Part shown: one piece after another, positions 27,768-36,101 of the stretch | How the letters are laid out: every line of letters starts with the position of its first letter | How positions within the stretch are numbered: position 1 is the first letter of the stretch | The notes under the pieces: model-generated | What the model saw: the letters and a program-made list of their open reading frames with translations, nothing else | What the model was told of the DNA's origin: nothing | Databases searched by the model: none | Position numbers and translations under genes: made by a program | Assembly: GCA_903925685.1 (NCBI GenBank) | Contig: CAIYGI010000146.1 | Span: forward strand, 1-60,564 | From: an uncultured bacterium | Lineage (GTDB): Bacteria; Verrucomicrobiota; Kiritimatiellia; CAIKKV01; CAIYGI01 | Direction: 5' to 3' | DNA length: 60,564 nucleotides

Positions 27768-28679
27768 CTACATGTTTAAGGTTTTTTGGAGTTTTTCCAA
27801 TGCGGTCTTGCGTTTGCCTTTTTCCATCCTTCCGATGTTCTGGAGTTTCCATTGCAGAGCCGGGAGTTCGCGCAGATGTGCGATGCCAAGCGCGTCCCAT
27901 TCCGGTTCGCCACGTTTGATGGACACCAGGAATCGCTTCTCGTCTGCGTCGAGGTTCTTACGAATCTCGGTCACAAGTCGTTCTCGCGTCTCGCACAGGG
28001 CCGCAACCGGGACTTCTTCGCGGGTCATGCCGGCGAATTCCCCCGCATAAACCTTCGCAATGTCTTTGAACTGCGGGTCGAGCAATTCGTGCATCGGACG
28101 GTCGTGTGAAGCCAGGTAGACCACGAAGGCCCGCCGGAGTTGAGGCGTCAGTCCCTCGTTTGCGAATAGAAGGCGCATGTCGTACAGATCCCGCGGGTGT
28201 TGCCGGTCCAGCGCGGCGCACATTTTGCCGCCGTAGAGGTCGGCCAGAGACAGTGTTGGCGCGGACACGAACAATGCGAAGAGGACCTGCGCCGCAGTGC
28301 ATAGATCGCGCGTTTCCGGCGGGTACACACTGCCGCGCAGAACCAGATTTGCCTCCACCTTGATTTGAACATTGTCCAGTGAGACCGCAAGTTTCGTGGC
28401 CGTCCCGCGTGTCCGGCCGACCTGCACGCGGGCACCAGGGATGCGGTGCGTTACGTCATTCGCAATGGTCTCCAACGCATGATTGATGTCGTCCAACGCC
28501 TGCTCGCGTCCGGCCAGTGGCAGATAGGTCAGGTCGATGTCCACCGACAGTCTGGGCATGGACCGAAGGAAGAGGTTGATGGCGGTTCCGCCTTTGAGCG
28601 CGAAGCATGGATGCTTGCCGATTTCGGGGATGCATTGAAGCAGTAACTTTGCCTGCCGAACGTAGACTGGATCAAACAT
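27768..28679 (-). CDS. abiEii: nucleotidyltransferase AbiEii/AbiGii toxin family protein
   Basis: CFALKGGTAINLFLRSMPRLSVDIDLTYLP is the hallmark AbiEii (DUF1814) N-terminal motif. The start overlaps the abiEi stop by 8 nt. Confidence 0.85.
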   Translation of the reverse strand: MFDPVYVRQAKLLLQCIPEIGKHPCFALKGGTAINLFLRSMPRLSVDIDLTYLPLAGREQALDDINHALETIANDVTHRIPGARVQVGRTRGTATKLAVSLDNVQIKVEANLVLRGSVYPPETRDLCTAAQVLFALFVSAPTLSLADLYGGKMCAALDRQHPRDLYDMRLLFANEGLTPQLRRAFVVYLASHDRPMHELLDPQFKDIAKVYAGEFAGMTREEVPVAALCETRERLVTEIRKNLDADEKRFLVSIKRGEPEWDALGIAHLRELPALQWKLQNIGRMEKGKRKTALEKLQKTLNM

Positions 28680-29442
28680 GGGCAGCACCCTCCTGCTTCG
28701 GAACGGTGATCCGGTATTTTGGGTCATACCTTCCGCCTCGATACAGAGATCGCTTGCCTTTCCCAAGGTCCAGGCGCTCCACCGAAAGGCGTTTGTGCCA
28801 TGGGTGCCCAGCCGACTCCGCCGCCCAGAGGAAAAGCCGTTTGACTTTGACCGAACGGCAGGCTTCCAGCAGGTTCTGCAGGACCTGCGGGCGCAGCGTA
28901 TTCAAGCCGCTCATGAGATCAACCGCGTGGTCGATTGCGTCGTTGGTGATGGCCAGGTGCAGCACTTCCAGAATCGCGCGTTCGGGCGCGGCGATCCGGA
29001 TCGAGAACTCACCTCGCTTGACCTCCGTGAATCCCGCCGGCTTGGATGCAGTGAAGAGTTTCGGGTTGTGGTGTTGGAGTCGCACACCCCATGCGTGCCG
29101 GGTGAACCAGGCGGGCAGTCGTTCCCGGCGATCACTGAAGAGACTGACCACCACGTTGTCACCCATGGGCAGGTACTGGCCCAATCCGTTCAGCGACAAT
29201 GCAGTATCCCCACCCGCGTAAACGCTCAGTTCCAATTGAGTTTGGAGTGCGTACAATGCTCCGAACCAGTCAACAACGTCGCCAGCACGGAGAAAGGCAC
29301 CGTGGCCCATTGGTTTGATCCATCCGGATGCGGCATAGCGTCTGGCTAACTGTCGGTATACCCCGTGCGTCTTCAGCCACGAGCCCGCCGCCACCGTGCC
29401 CTTGGGCCACTGTTGCAGCAATTGGTTTATTTTGGACTTCAT
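28672..29442 (-). CDS. abiEi: type IV toxin-antitoxin system AbiEi family antitoxin
   Basis: N-terminal wHTH-like segment GSWLKTHGVYRQLARRYAASGWIKPMGHGAFLRAG. It sits directly upstream of and overlaps abiEii. Confidence 0.8.
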   Translation of the reverse strand: MKSKINQLLQQWPKGTVAAGSWLKTHGVYRQLARRYAASGWIKPMGHGAFLRAGDVVDWFGALYALQTQLELSVYAGGDTALSLNGLGQYLPMGDNVVVSLFSDRRERLPAWFTRHAWGVRLQHHNPKLFTASKPAGFTEVKRGEFSIRIAAPERAILEVLHLAITNDAIDHAVDLMSGLNTLRPQVLQNLLEACRSVKVKRLFLWAAESAGHPWHKRLSVERLDLGKGKRSLYRGGRYDPKYRITVPKQEGAAHV

Positions 29443-29448
29443 TTTGAC

Positions 29449-29560
29449 CACTCTGGGGTTACATCTGTGCAAACGAACCGCACTAAACTGCCATTGAAGT
29501 TTGACTTCGTGCCACTAATGTACACTCTGGGGTTACAAAAGCAACCTAAAAGCGAACCGC
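29449..29560 (-). promoter_or_regulatory. candidate abiE promoter with two direct operator repeats
   Basis: Minus-strand TGTAACCCCAGAGTG occurs twice (plus-strand 29449-29463 and 29523-29537). Each copy is preceded by GCGGTTCG. The distal copy fills the 16-nt spacer between TTGCTT (29539-29544) and TACATT (29517-29522). The proximal copy abuts the start codon. Confidence 0.5.
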
Positions 29561-29575
29561 GCTCGATATTCACCG

Positions 29576-30097
29576 ATGAACGAGGGAAAGCGGAAAGACG
29601 GTGAGTCGGTGGGTCGGTGGGCGGGGGGGAGCCGGAGGTCGGAGGTCAGAGGTCGGAGGTCAGAGAAGATTCCGGATCCGGAGTGGCGTTTTGCCGGACT
29701 GGTCCACGGCGGGGTTGAGACGATCACGACGGCCGGCGGGAAAGTGATGCTCGACGCGGCGGTGTCGTATCGCACTGCCGCGGGCGAGATTTCCACGGTG
29801 AAGGAAAGTTTCGTTTTCGACTGGGCGTCGATCCCCCTGGCGTTCACCTGGTACATTCCACCGGCCGGCGACGGCAAGAACTGCTGCGGCATCGCGGCGC
29901 TGTTCCACGATTGGTTGTACTGCCACCGGCGCATCGGCGGTCGTCCGGTGACACGATCGGAATGCGACGGCCTCTTCCTTGAGATCATGCTTTACGTCGG
30001 CGTGACCGCCTGGCTCGCGCATGCGATGTGGGCGGCGGTACAAGCGGGCGGTTGGCTGCCGTGGTGGCGGCGGGCGGACAAGGACATTATTCCGTAG
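29576..30097 (+). CDS. DUF1353 domain-containing protein
   Basis: FVFDWASIPLAF..AALFHDWLY matches the DUF1353 core (GF.tD.aSiP...HDwlY). The start is uncertain (ATG 29576, GTG 29609 or ATG 29747) because the first 35 or so codons run through short-word repeats. Confidence 0.7.
   Translation: MNEGKRKDGESVGRWAGGSRRSEVRGRRSEKIPDPEWRFAGLVHGGVETITTAGGKVMLDAAVSYRTAAGEISTVKESFVFDWASIPLAFTWYIPPAGDGKNCCGIAALFHDWLYCHRRIGGRPVTRSECDGLFLEIMLYVGVTAWLAHAMWAAVQAGGWLPWWRRADKDIIP
29599..29611 (+). repeat. 13-bp direct repeat CGGTGAGTCGGTG (right flank of the abiE cassette)
   Basis: Identical to 27736-27748. Confidence 0.85.
29634..29665 (+). repeat. heptamer tandem repeat (GGAGGTC / AGAGGTC), about 4.5 units
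   Basis: GGAGGTC GGAGGTC AGAGGTC GGAGGTC AGAG. Confidence 0.9.
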
Positions 30098-30433
30098 GAC
30101 GCCGACGTCACCCGCGCATGGTACGGTTGGTTCAAGGGGGCGGACCATGTTCATCAGTCTGCCTGGATCAGGGTGAGAAACGCCCGATTTTCACTGCGCC
30201 GTGTTCAAACTTTTCATCCATATCACGGTTCGCCCAGCAACACCGCAAGAAACAATTGCCTCTTTTTTATGTGTCGTCGGGGTTCTTCCCGGGTGACGGA
30301 AAATTTTTGCGTGTGTTTGTGTGTGTGAATTGGTCGCCAAGTAGCCCCCTTGTAGCGTCTTGTCGCGCTTTCACGGAAAAACGTGAAAACGCAATAATCG
30401 CCAATAAAACCGGGGTATTTTCAAATGGAAGGG

Positions 30434-30510
30434 TGGTGGGCGCTAGAGGACTCGAACCTCCGACCCCCACCATGTCAAGGTGGTGCTCTAACCAACTGAG
30501 CTAAGCGCCC
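30434..30510 (-). tRNA. tRNA-Val (anticodon GAC), CCA encoded
   Basis: Hand-folded cloverleaf: acceptor GGGCGCT/AGCGCCC, D arm GCTC..GAGC, anticodon stem CCACC/GGTGG with loop TTGACAT, T arm GGAGG-TTCGAGT-CCTCT, discriminator A then CCA. Confidence 0.93.
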
Positions 30511-30527
30511 GTCCGCGTGCGGGGCGT

Positions 30528-30578
30528 ACTCTAGGGGTTCGACCGCATGGTTGTCAATTCCGCCTTTCGTTGTATACT
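30528..30578. promoter_or_regulatory. back-to-back sigma70-like promoters for tRNA-Val (-) and coaD (+)
   Basis: Plus strand: TTGTCA (30551-56), 16 nt, TATACT (30573-78), 21 nt before the coaD ATG. Minus strand: TTGACA (30557-52), 18 nt, TAGAGT (30533-28), about 17 nt before the tRNA 5' end. The two -35 boxes overlap in TTGTCAA. Confidence 0.45.
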
Positions 30579-30599
30579 CCGCCCCACAGGAACCACGTC

Positions 30600-31109
30600 A
30601 TGCCAAACAACAATCGCCATTGTCGCCACACAGCCATTTATCCGGGCACCTTCGATCCCGTGACGCTCGGTCACGAGGATCTGGTGCGGCGGGCGGCCTT
30701 GATTTTCGACCAACTGACCGTGGCCGTGGTGGCGCACTCGCGCAAACAGACCATGTTCACGCTGGAAGAGCGGATGCAGATGATGCAGGAAACGCTGCGC
30801 GACATCCCGAACGTGGTGGTCAGGCCGTTCGACGGCCTTTTGGTGGACTACGTGCATTCGCTGGGCGCGCATGTCATCGTGCGTGGATTGCGCGCCTTTT
30901 CCGATTTCGAGTACGAGTTCCAGATGGCCCTCACCAACCGCGCCCTGGCCCCGGACATCGAAACGCTCTTCCTGATGCCGCAGGAGCAGTACAGTTACAT
31001 CAGTTCCAGCACCGTGCGGGAAGTGATGGAAGCCGGCGCCGAAATGGTGCGCTTCGTGCCGCAGCCGGTGCTGCGGTATATAGAGGCTAGAAGACTGAAG
31101 TCTGAGTAG
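30600..31109 (+). CDS. coaD: pantetheine-phosphate adenylyltransferase
   Basis: AIYPGTFDPVTLGHEDLV (T/HxGH nucleotidyltransferase motif). About 169 aa. The start is chosen downstream of the predicted promoter. Confidence 0.92.
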   Translation: MPNNNRHCRHTAIYPGTFDPVTLGHEDLVRRAALIFDQLTVAVVAHSRKQTMFTLEERMQMMQETLRDIPNVVVRPFDGLLVDYVHSLGAHVIVRGLRAFSDFEYEFQMALTNRALAPDIETLFLMPQEQYSYISSSTVREVMEAGAEMVRFVPQPVLRYIEARRLKSE

Positions 31110-31160
31110 AGCGGAGATTGAACAGTAAACAGTGAACAGTGGGAACACCGGACACCTCTT

Positions 31161-31180
31161 CCTTCAGCCTAAACAACCTA
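31161..31180 (+). repeat. CCTTCAGCCTAAACAACCT dispersed word
   Basis: The 19-mer is identical to 54310-54328. It lies 14 nt upstream of the yceD start. Confidence 0.8.
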
Positions 31181-31193
31181 TATAAAGTGTTCC

Positions 31194-31655
31194 ATGCGTA
31201 TCATCCCCGCCCAACTGCCGGAAGACGGCCTGCGTCTGACCGGCAAGGAGCCGGCCGATCTTGAAGAGATCCACGACGACGTGGAGATCGACAAGGTCAA
31301 CCCGGTCAATTACGACGTGCTGGCGCAGCTGGTCAGCGGACACCTGCTGGTCCGCGGCGCTTTGAAGACGCGGGCGCGCCTGATTTGCGCGCGTTGCGGG
31401 CAGGTTTTCAGCCATACCGTGACCGAGCCGGATTTCATTGCCGAACGGGAGGTGGCCGACCCTCATCAACCCGTGGACTTGACATCGGAGGTCAGGGAAA
31501 GTATTTTGCTGGCTCTGCCGACGCAACCGTTGTGCCGTGCAACATGCCGTGGACTGTGTCCGCGGTGTGGAAGCAACCTCAATCGGGAAGCGTGTCGATG
31601 TCCGCCGGTCACGGCGCCCCGAGGGGGGGCGTTCGACGGGTTGGCACTGCAGTAA
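31194..31655 (+). CDS. yceD: DUF177 / YceD family protein
   Basis: CARCG .. CRGLCPRCGSNLN Cys pairs. Conserved position immediately upstream of rpmF-plsX. Confidence 0.85.
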   Translation: MRIIPAQLPEDGLRLTGKEPADLEEIHDDVEIDKVNPVNYDVLAQLVSGHLLVRGALKTRARLICARCGQVFSHTVTEPDFIAEREVADPHQPVDLTSEVRESILLALPTQPLCRATCRGLCPRCGSNLNREACRCPPVTAPRGGAFDGLALQ

Positions 31656-31669
31656 AGAGGAAGGGAACT

Positions 31670-31852
31670 ATGGCGGTACCTAAACGGAGAAAGTCCAAGA
31701 TGCGCATCCGCATGCGGAAGTCGCATCACGTACACCCTGTGCCAACGCTCAAGAACTGTCCGCAATGCGGCGCTCCGCAGTTGCCGCACCGGGTCTGCCT
31801 CGCCTGTGGAACCTACAAGGGACGACAAGTGTTGACCGTCGAGGTCAAGTAA
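31670..31852 (+). CDS. rpmF: 50S ribosomal protein L32
   Basis: MAVPKRRKSKMRIRMRKSH.. with CPQCG..CLACG. 60 aa. Confidence 0.95.
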   Translation: MAVPKRRKSKMRIRMRKSHHVHPVPTLKNCPQCGAPQLPHRVCLACGTYKGRQVLTVEVK

Positions 31853-31870
31853 CTGTCTCCTGGCCGCACG

Positions 31871-32890
31871 ATGCGCATCGCCGTTGATGCAATGGGGGGG
31901 GATTTCGCCCCGCTGGAAATCGTCGCAGGCGCCGTGCAAGCCGCGAACCTTCTTCCGGCGGTCGAGCGTATTTTCCTGATCGGCAACCAGGCCGCCATCG
32001 AGAGCGAATTGCGCCGCCACGGCACGATTTCGCCCAAGATCGAGCTTCGCCATGCCTCCGAAACCGTTGGCATGGACGAGTCGCCCGCCCTGGCCATCCG
32101 CCGCAAGCGCGATAATTCGATCAGCCGGGCGGTGGACATGGTCAAGGCCGGCGCGGCCGACGCGGCGCTTTCGGCCGGCAATACCGGGGCCATGGTCGTC
32201 GCCGCCACGCTTAAACTTCGCACCCTTCAGGGGGTCAGCCGCCCCGCGATCGCCACGGTCATGCCCACCCAGGACCGGCCTGTGCTGCTGCTGGACGCCG
32301 GCGCCAACGCCATGTGCGACGCCGGTCTGCTGCTGCAATTCGCGCTGATGGGCTCCATCTATTCCCACGAGGTGCTGGGCCAGGCCAAGCCGGTGGTCGG
32401 ACTGCTCAGCATCGGTGGCGAGGAAACCAAGGGCAACGACACCACGCTGGGAGCTTTTCCGCTATTGAAAGCCGCCGATGAAAAGGGCTTGATCGTTTTT
32501 CGCGGCAATGTCGAAGGCCACGACATTTTCCGCGGCGAAACGGATGTGATCGTCTGCGACGGCTTTACCGGCAACGTGGTGCTGAAAACCAGCGAAAGCG
32601 CCTCGCGCGCCATCAGTTACTGGATGAAACGGGAGTTCACCGCCAGTCTGCCACGCAAGGCCGGCGCGCTGCTGTTGCGCGGGGCCTTTGCATCATTGAA
32701 GCGCCGCATGGATCCCGACCTGTACGGCGGCGCGCCGCTGCTTGGGGTGAACGGCGTTTGCATCATCTCGCACGGCGCCTCGCGCGCCAAATCCATCTAC
32801 CACGCCATCCGCGTGGCCAGTGAAGCCGTAGGCCACCAAGTCAACGATCGAATGGTGAACGCCATTGGAAAGGCCAGTACCATCTTATGA
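31871..32890 (+). CDS. plsX: phosphate acyltransferase
   Basis: MRIAVDAMGGDFAP start. 339 aa. Cluster context. Confidence 0.95.
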   Translation: MRIAVDAMGGDFAPLEIVAGAVQAANLLPAVERIFLIGNQAAIESELRRHGTISPKIELRHASETVGMDESPALAIRRKRDNSISRAVDMVKAGAADAALSAGNTGAMVVAATLKLRTLQGVSRPAIATVMPTQDRPVLLLDAGANAMCDAGLLLQFALMGSIYSHEVLGQAKPVVGLLSIGGEETKGNDTTLGAFPLLKAADEKGLIVFRGNVEGHDIFRGETDVIVCDGFTGNVVLKTSESASRAISYWMKREFTASLPRKAGALLLRGAFASLKRRMDPDLYGGAPLLGVNGVCIISHGASRAKSIYHAIRVASEAVGHQVNDRMVNAIGKASTIL

Positions 32891-33906
32891 AAGACGCCAT
32901 TGCCCATCCCGCACAGCCGATGCCGCGCGCCGTCATCGCCGGTGTGGGCGCCTATACCCCTGAACAGGTGCTGACGAACGCCGACTTGGAGAAGCTGGTC
33001 AATACCACCGACGAGTGGATTGTCTCGCGCAGCGGCATCCACGAGCGGCATATCGCAGGCGAAAAAGTGGCCACCTCGGACCTCAGCGTCGAGGCCGCGC
33101 GCCGCGCCCTGGCGGCGGCCGGCGTGGCGGCCGCGGCCGTGGATATGATCATCGTCGCCACCGTCACCCCCGACATGCCCTTCCCCAACACGGCCTGCCT
33201 GGTCCAGCGCAAGATCGGCGCCGTGAATGCGACCTGCTTCGACCTGGAGGCCGCCTGCACAGGCTTCCTCTTCGCCATGGAAACCGCCCGCCAATACATC
33301 CGCACCGGGGCCATCCGCACGGCGCTGATCATCGGCGCCGAGAAGTTGAGCAGCGTCACCGACTGGCAGGACCGCGCCACCTGCGTGCTGTTCGGCGACG
33401 GCGCCGGCGCCGTGGTGCTGCAGGCCGGGGCGGCGGACGGCGCGCGCGGCATCGTGAACACCGTGACCGGCTCGGACGGCTCGCTGGCGGACCTGCTGCA
33501 AATCCCCGCCGGGGGCAGTCGCCTGCCGGCCTCGCATGCGACCGTGGACGGGCGGCTGCACTACATGAAGATGAACGGCCGCGAGGTTTTCAAACATGCC
33601 GTGCGCTCCATGAGCGACGCCGTGCTGCGGGTGCTGGCCGGCGCCGGACTGACCCTGGCGGATGTCGATATCATCGTGCCCCACCAGGCCAACCTGCGCA
33701 TCATCCATGCGATTTCCGACAAACTCGGCGTGCCGCTGGAGAAATTCTTCGTCAACCTGGACCGTTACGGCAACATGTCGGCCGCCTCGATTCCCGTGGC
33801 CCTCGAAGAGGCCGTGCGGACGGGCCGCGTGCACTCCGGGCAGACGGTCGTAATGGTGGCCTTCGGCGGCGGCTTCACCTGGGGCGCGACCGTGATGAAG
33901 TGGTGA
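32887..33906 (+). CDS. fabH: beta-ketoacyl-ACP synthase III
   Basis: Active-site region LEAACTGFLFAM. C-terminal GGGFTWGA. ATGA overlap with plsX. Confidence 0.95.
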   Translation: MKDAIAHPAQPMPRAVIAGVGAYTPEQVLTNADLEKLVNTTDEWIVSRSGIHERHIAGEKVATSDLSVEAARRALAAAGVAAAAVDMIIVATVTPDMPFPNTACLVQRKIGAVNATCFDLEAACTGFLFAMETARQYIRTGAIRTALIIGAEKLSSVTDWQDRATCVLFGDGAGAVVLQAGAADGARGIVNTVTGSDGSLADLLQIPAGGSRLPASHATVDGRLHYMKMNGREVFKHAVRSMSDAVLRVLAGAGLTLADVDIIVPHQANLRIIHAISDKLGVPLEKFFVNLDRYGNMSAASIPVALEEAVRTGRVHSGQTVVMVAFGGGFTWGATVMKW

Positions 33907-33907
33907 G

Positions 33908-33960
33908 GATAGGCTGAAGGTGGATAGACTGAAGGCTGAAGGGGGAGAGGCTGAAGGCTG
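33908..33960 (-). repeat. inverted copies of the CCTTCAGCC word (AGGCTGAAGG, 3-4 units)
   Basis: GATAGGCTGAAGG is the reverse complement of CCTTCAGCCTATC (7570-7582), followed by two more GGCTGAAGG-like units. This fills the fabH-fabD spacer. Confidence 0.8.
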
Positions 33961-34003
33961 TTAGAGCAAGGCTGCTTCGAGCAGCAGCATGGGAGAAATG
34001 AAC

Positions 34004-34936
34004 ATGAAAGCAAACGCCATACTTTTCGCCGGGCAGGGGGCGCAATTCGTCGGCATGGGCAAGGACCTGGCCGCGGCCGTGCCGGCCTGCGGGACGCTTT
34101 TCGAACGCGCCAATGCCGTGCTGGGCTTCGATCTCGCCAAACTCTGCTTCGAGGGACCGATCGAGACCCTGACCCGCTCGGACAACTGCCAGCCCGCCAT
34201 TTTTGTCGCCAGTCTGGCATGTTACACCGCTTTGCGGCAGCGGCTACCGGATTGCGCGCCCGCGGGCGCCGCGGGACTGAGCCTGGGCGAGTGGACCGCG
34301 CTGCATGCGGCGGGGGTGCTCTCGTTCGAGGACACGTTGAAGATCCTGCGGGCGCGCGGCCAGTACATGCAGAGCGCCTGCGACGAACAGGCCGGCGGCA
34401 TGGTCAGCGTGATGGGCCTGACAATGCCGGAACTGGAAAAAATTTGCGCCGCGGCCAATGTCCAGATCGCCAACCTCAATTCCCCGGAGCAAACCGTGCT
34501 TTCGGGCCCCAAGGCGGGCATTGCCGAGGCCGAAACCCTGGCCAAGGCGGCCGGCGCCAAGCGGACGGTCGTGCTCAACGTCGCCGGCGCCTTTCATTCG
34601 CGCCTGATGGCCTCTGCCGCCGCGCGACTGAAGGAACTGCTGGCCGCGATTACCTTCGCCGCGCCGCGCTTTCCGGTCATGTCCAACGCCACCGGACGCC
34701 CGCACGGCGCGCCCGAGGAAATCCGCGCCCGCATGGTGGACCAGGTGACGGGCTCCGTGCAGTGGGTTTCCGATATTCAGTCTTTCCATGCCCAGGGCGT
34801 GGCGACCTACATCGAATGCGGCCCCGGCAAGATACTGAGCGGCCTGGTGAAACGTATTGACAATAACGCTACAATCTATAGCATTCAGGATCAAGCGACA
34901 CTCGACAAGACGGTCGCCGCTCTTTCGCGAATTTGA
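34004..34936 (+). CDS. fabD: ACP S-malonyltransferase
   Basis: FAGQGAQFVGMG and active-site GLSLGEW. Start chosen at the third in-frame ATG, which has a GGGAGA RBS. Confidence 0.94.
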   Translation: MKANAILFAGQGAQFVGMGKDLAAAVPACGTLFERANAVLGFDLAKLCFEGPIETLTRSDNCQPAIFVASLACYTALRQRLPDCAPAGAAGLSLGEWTALHAAGVLSFEDTLKILRARGQYMQSACDEQAGGMVSVMGLTMPELEKICAAANVQIANLNSPEQTVLSGPKAGIAEAETLAKAAGAKRTVVLNVAGAFHSRLMASAAARLKELLAAITFAAPRFPVMSNATGRPHGAPEEIRARMVDQVTGSVQWVSDIQSFHAQGVATYIECGPGKILSGLVKRIDNNATIYSIQDQATLDKTVAALSRI

Positions 34937-34975
34937 CAAGCGGAAGATTTTTGACAGAGGGAAGGAATCCAACCC

Positions 34976-35719
34976 ATGGGTGTTTTGGACGGCAAAATTG
35001 CGTTGATTACAGGCGCCTCGCGCGGCATCGGCCGAGCCATCGCCGAAACCCTGGCCCGCGAGGGCGCCGACCTGGCGCTTTGCGACCTCCAGATCGACTG
35101 GCTGGCCGACACGGCCGCCGCCGTGCGCGCGCTTGGGCGGCGCGCCGAGTGTTTTGCCGTGAACGTCAGCCAGGCCGCGGACGTGGAAGCCGGCGTGAAC
35201 GCGGCCGTACAGGCTCTGGGCCGCATCGACATCCTGGTCAACAATGCCGGGATCACCAAGGACGGTTTCCTGGCCCGCATGAGCGAAGCGGATTGGGATG
35301 CCGTGATCGACGTCAACCTGAAGGGCACCTTCCTCTTTTCCAAAGCCGTGGGCAAAATCATGATGCGCCAGCGCGGCGGGGCCATCGTCAACATCGCCTC
35401 AATTATTGGCTTGATTGGCAACGCCGGACAATGCAATTATGCGGCCTCGAAAGCCGGTGTGATTGCATTGACCAAGTCGGTCGCCAAGGAATTGGCCGGC
35501 CGGGGAGTCCGCGCAAACGCCGTCGCGCCGGGATTCATTGAAACCCGCATGACCGAGGTGCTTTCGGCCGAGGTCAGGCAAAAGATGTTGGATGCCATCC
35601 CCATGGGCCGTTTTGGCACGCCACAGGATGTGGCCGATGTGGTGCTGTTTCTGGCGAGCGATGCCTCGTCGTATGTAACAGGCCATGTCGTGACGGTAAG
35701 TGGCGGCATGGTGATGTAG
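34976..35719 (+). CDS. fabG: 3-oxoacyl-ACP reductase
   Basis: [18 protein letters not shown] and YAASKAG SDR motifs. 247 aa. Confidence 0.93.
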   Translation: MGVLDGKIALITGASRGIGRAIAETLAREGADLALCDLQIDWLADTAAAVRALGRRAECFAVNVSQAADVEAGVNAAVQALGRIDILVNNAGITKDGFLARMSEADWDAVIDVNLKGTFLFSKAVGKIMMRQRGGAIVNIASIIGLIGNAGQCNYAASKAGVIALTKSVAKELAGRGVRANAVAPGFIETRMTEVLSAEVRQKMLDAIPMGRFGTPQDVADVVLFLASDASSYVTGHVVTVSGGMVM

Positions 35720-35753
35720 GCGGACACGTAACGACCAAGCAAGGAGAGACAAC

Positions 35754-35999
35754 ATGGCACTGGAAGACAAAGTTAAGGAAATCATTATTGAGCAGCTCGA
35801 CGTCAACGCGGAGCAGGTGACGCCCCAGGCCAAGTTCATCGAAGATCTCGGCGCGGATTCCCTGGATCAGGTGGAACTTGTGATGGCGTTTGAAGAGAAA
35901 TTCGGCGCCGAGATTCCCGACGACGAAGCCGAAAAGCTGACGAGCGTTGGCGCCGTCATCGAGTACCTGAAGGGCAAGGGTCTCGACAAGAAGGATTAA
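35754..35999 (+). CDS. acpP: acyl carrier protein
   Basis: [20 protein letters not shown] phosphopantetheine-attachment motif. 81 aa. Confidence 0.97.
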   Translation: MALEDKVKEIIIEQLDVNAEQVTPQAKFIEDLGADSLDQVELVMAFEEKFGAEIPDDEAEKLTSVGAVIEYLKGKGLDKKD

Positions 36000-36023
36000 T
36001 CCGGAAGGTTTGCCTACGACCGG

Positions 36024-36054
36024 GGGGGATGCTGGTCATCCCCCGCTTTTTTTT
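36024..36054 (+). terminator. Rho-independent terminator after acpP
   Basis: GGGGGATG-CTGGT-CATCCCCC stem-loop followed by GC and a run of 8 T. Confidence 0.75.
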
Positions 36055-36101
36055 GCTGATCTAACGGCGTTTTTCATTTCCTTCTCTTACGGGGTAATGC
36101 T

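Noticed and set aside
24950-30433. Intact prophage or integrative element
   Set aside because: There is no integrase, recombinase or structural phage gene, and no direct repeat of the tRNA-Val 3' end that I could find by eye. I treat it as an eroded islet instead.
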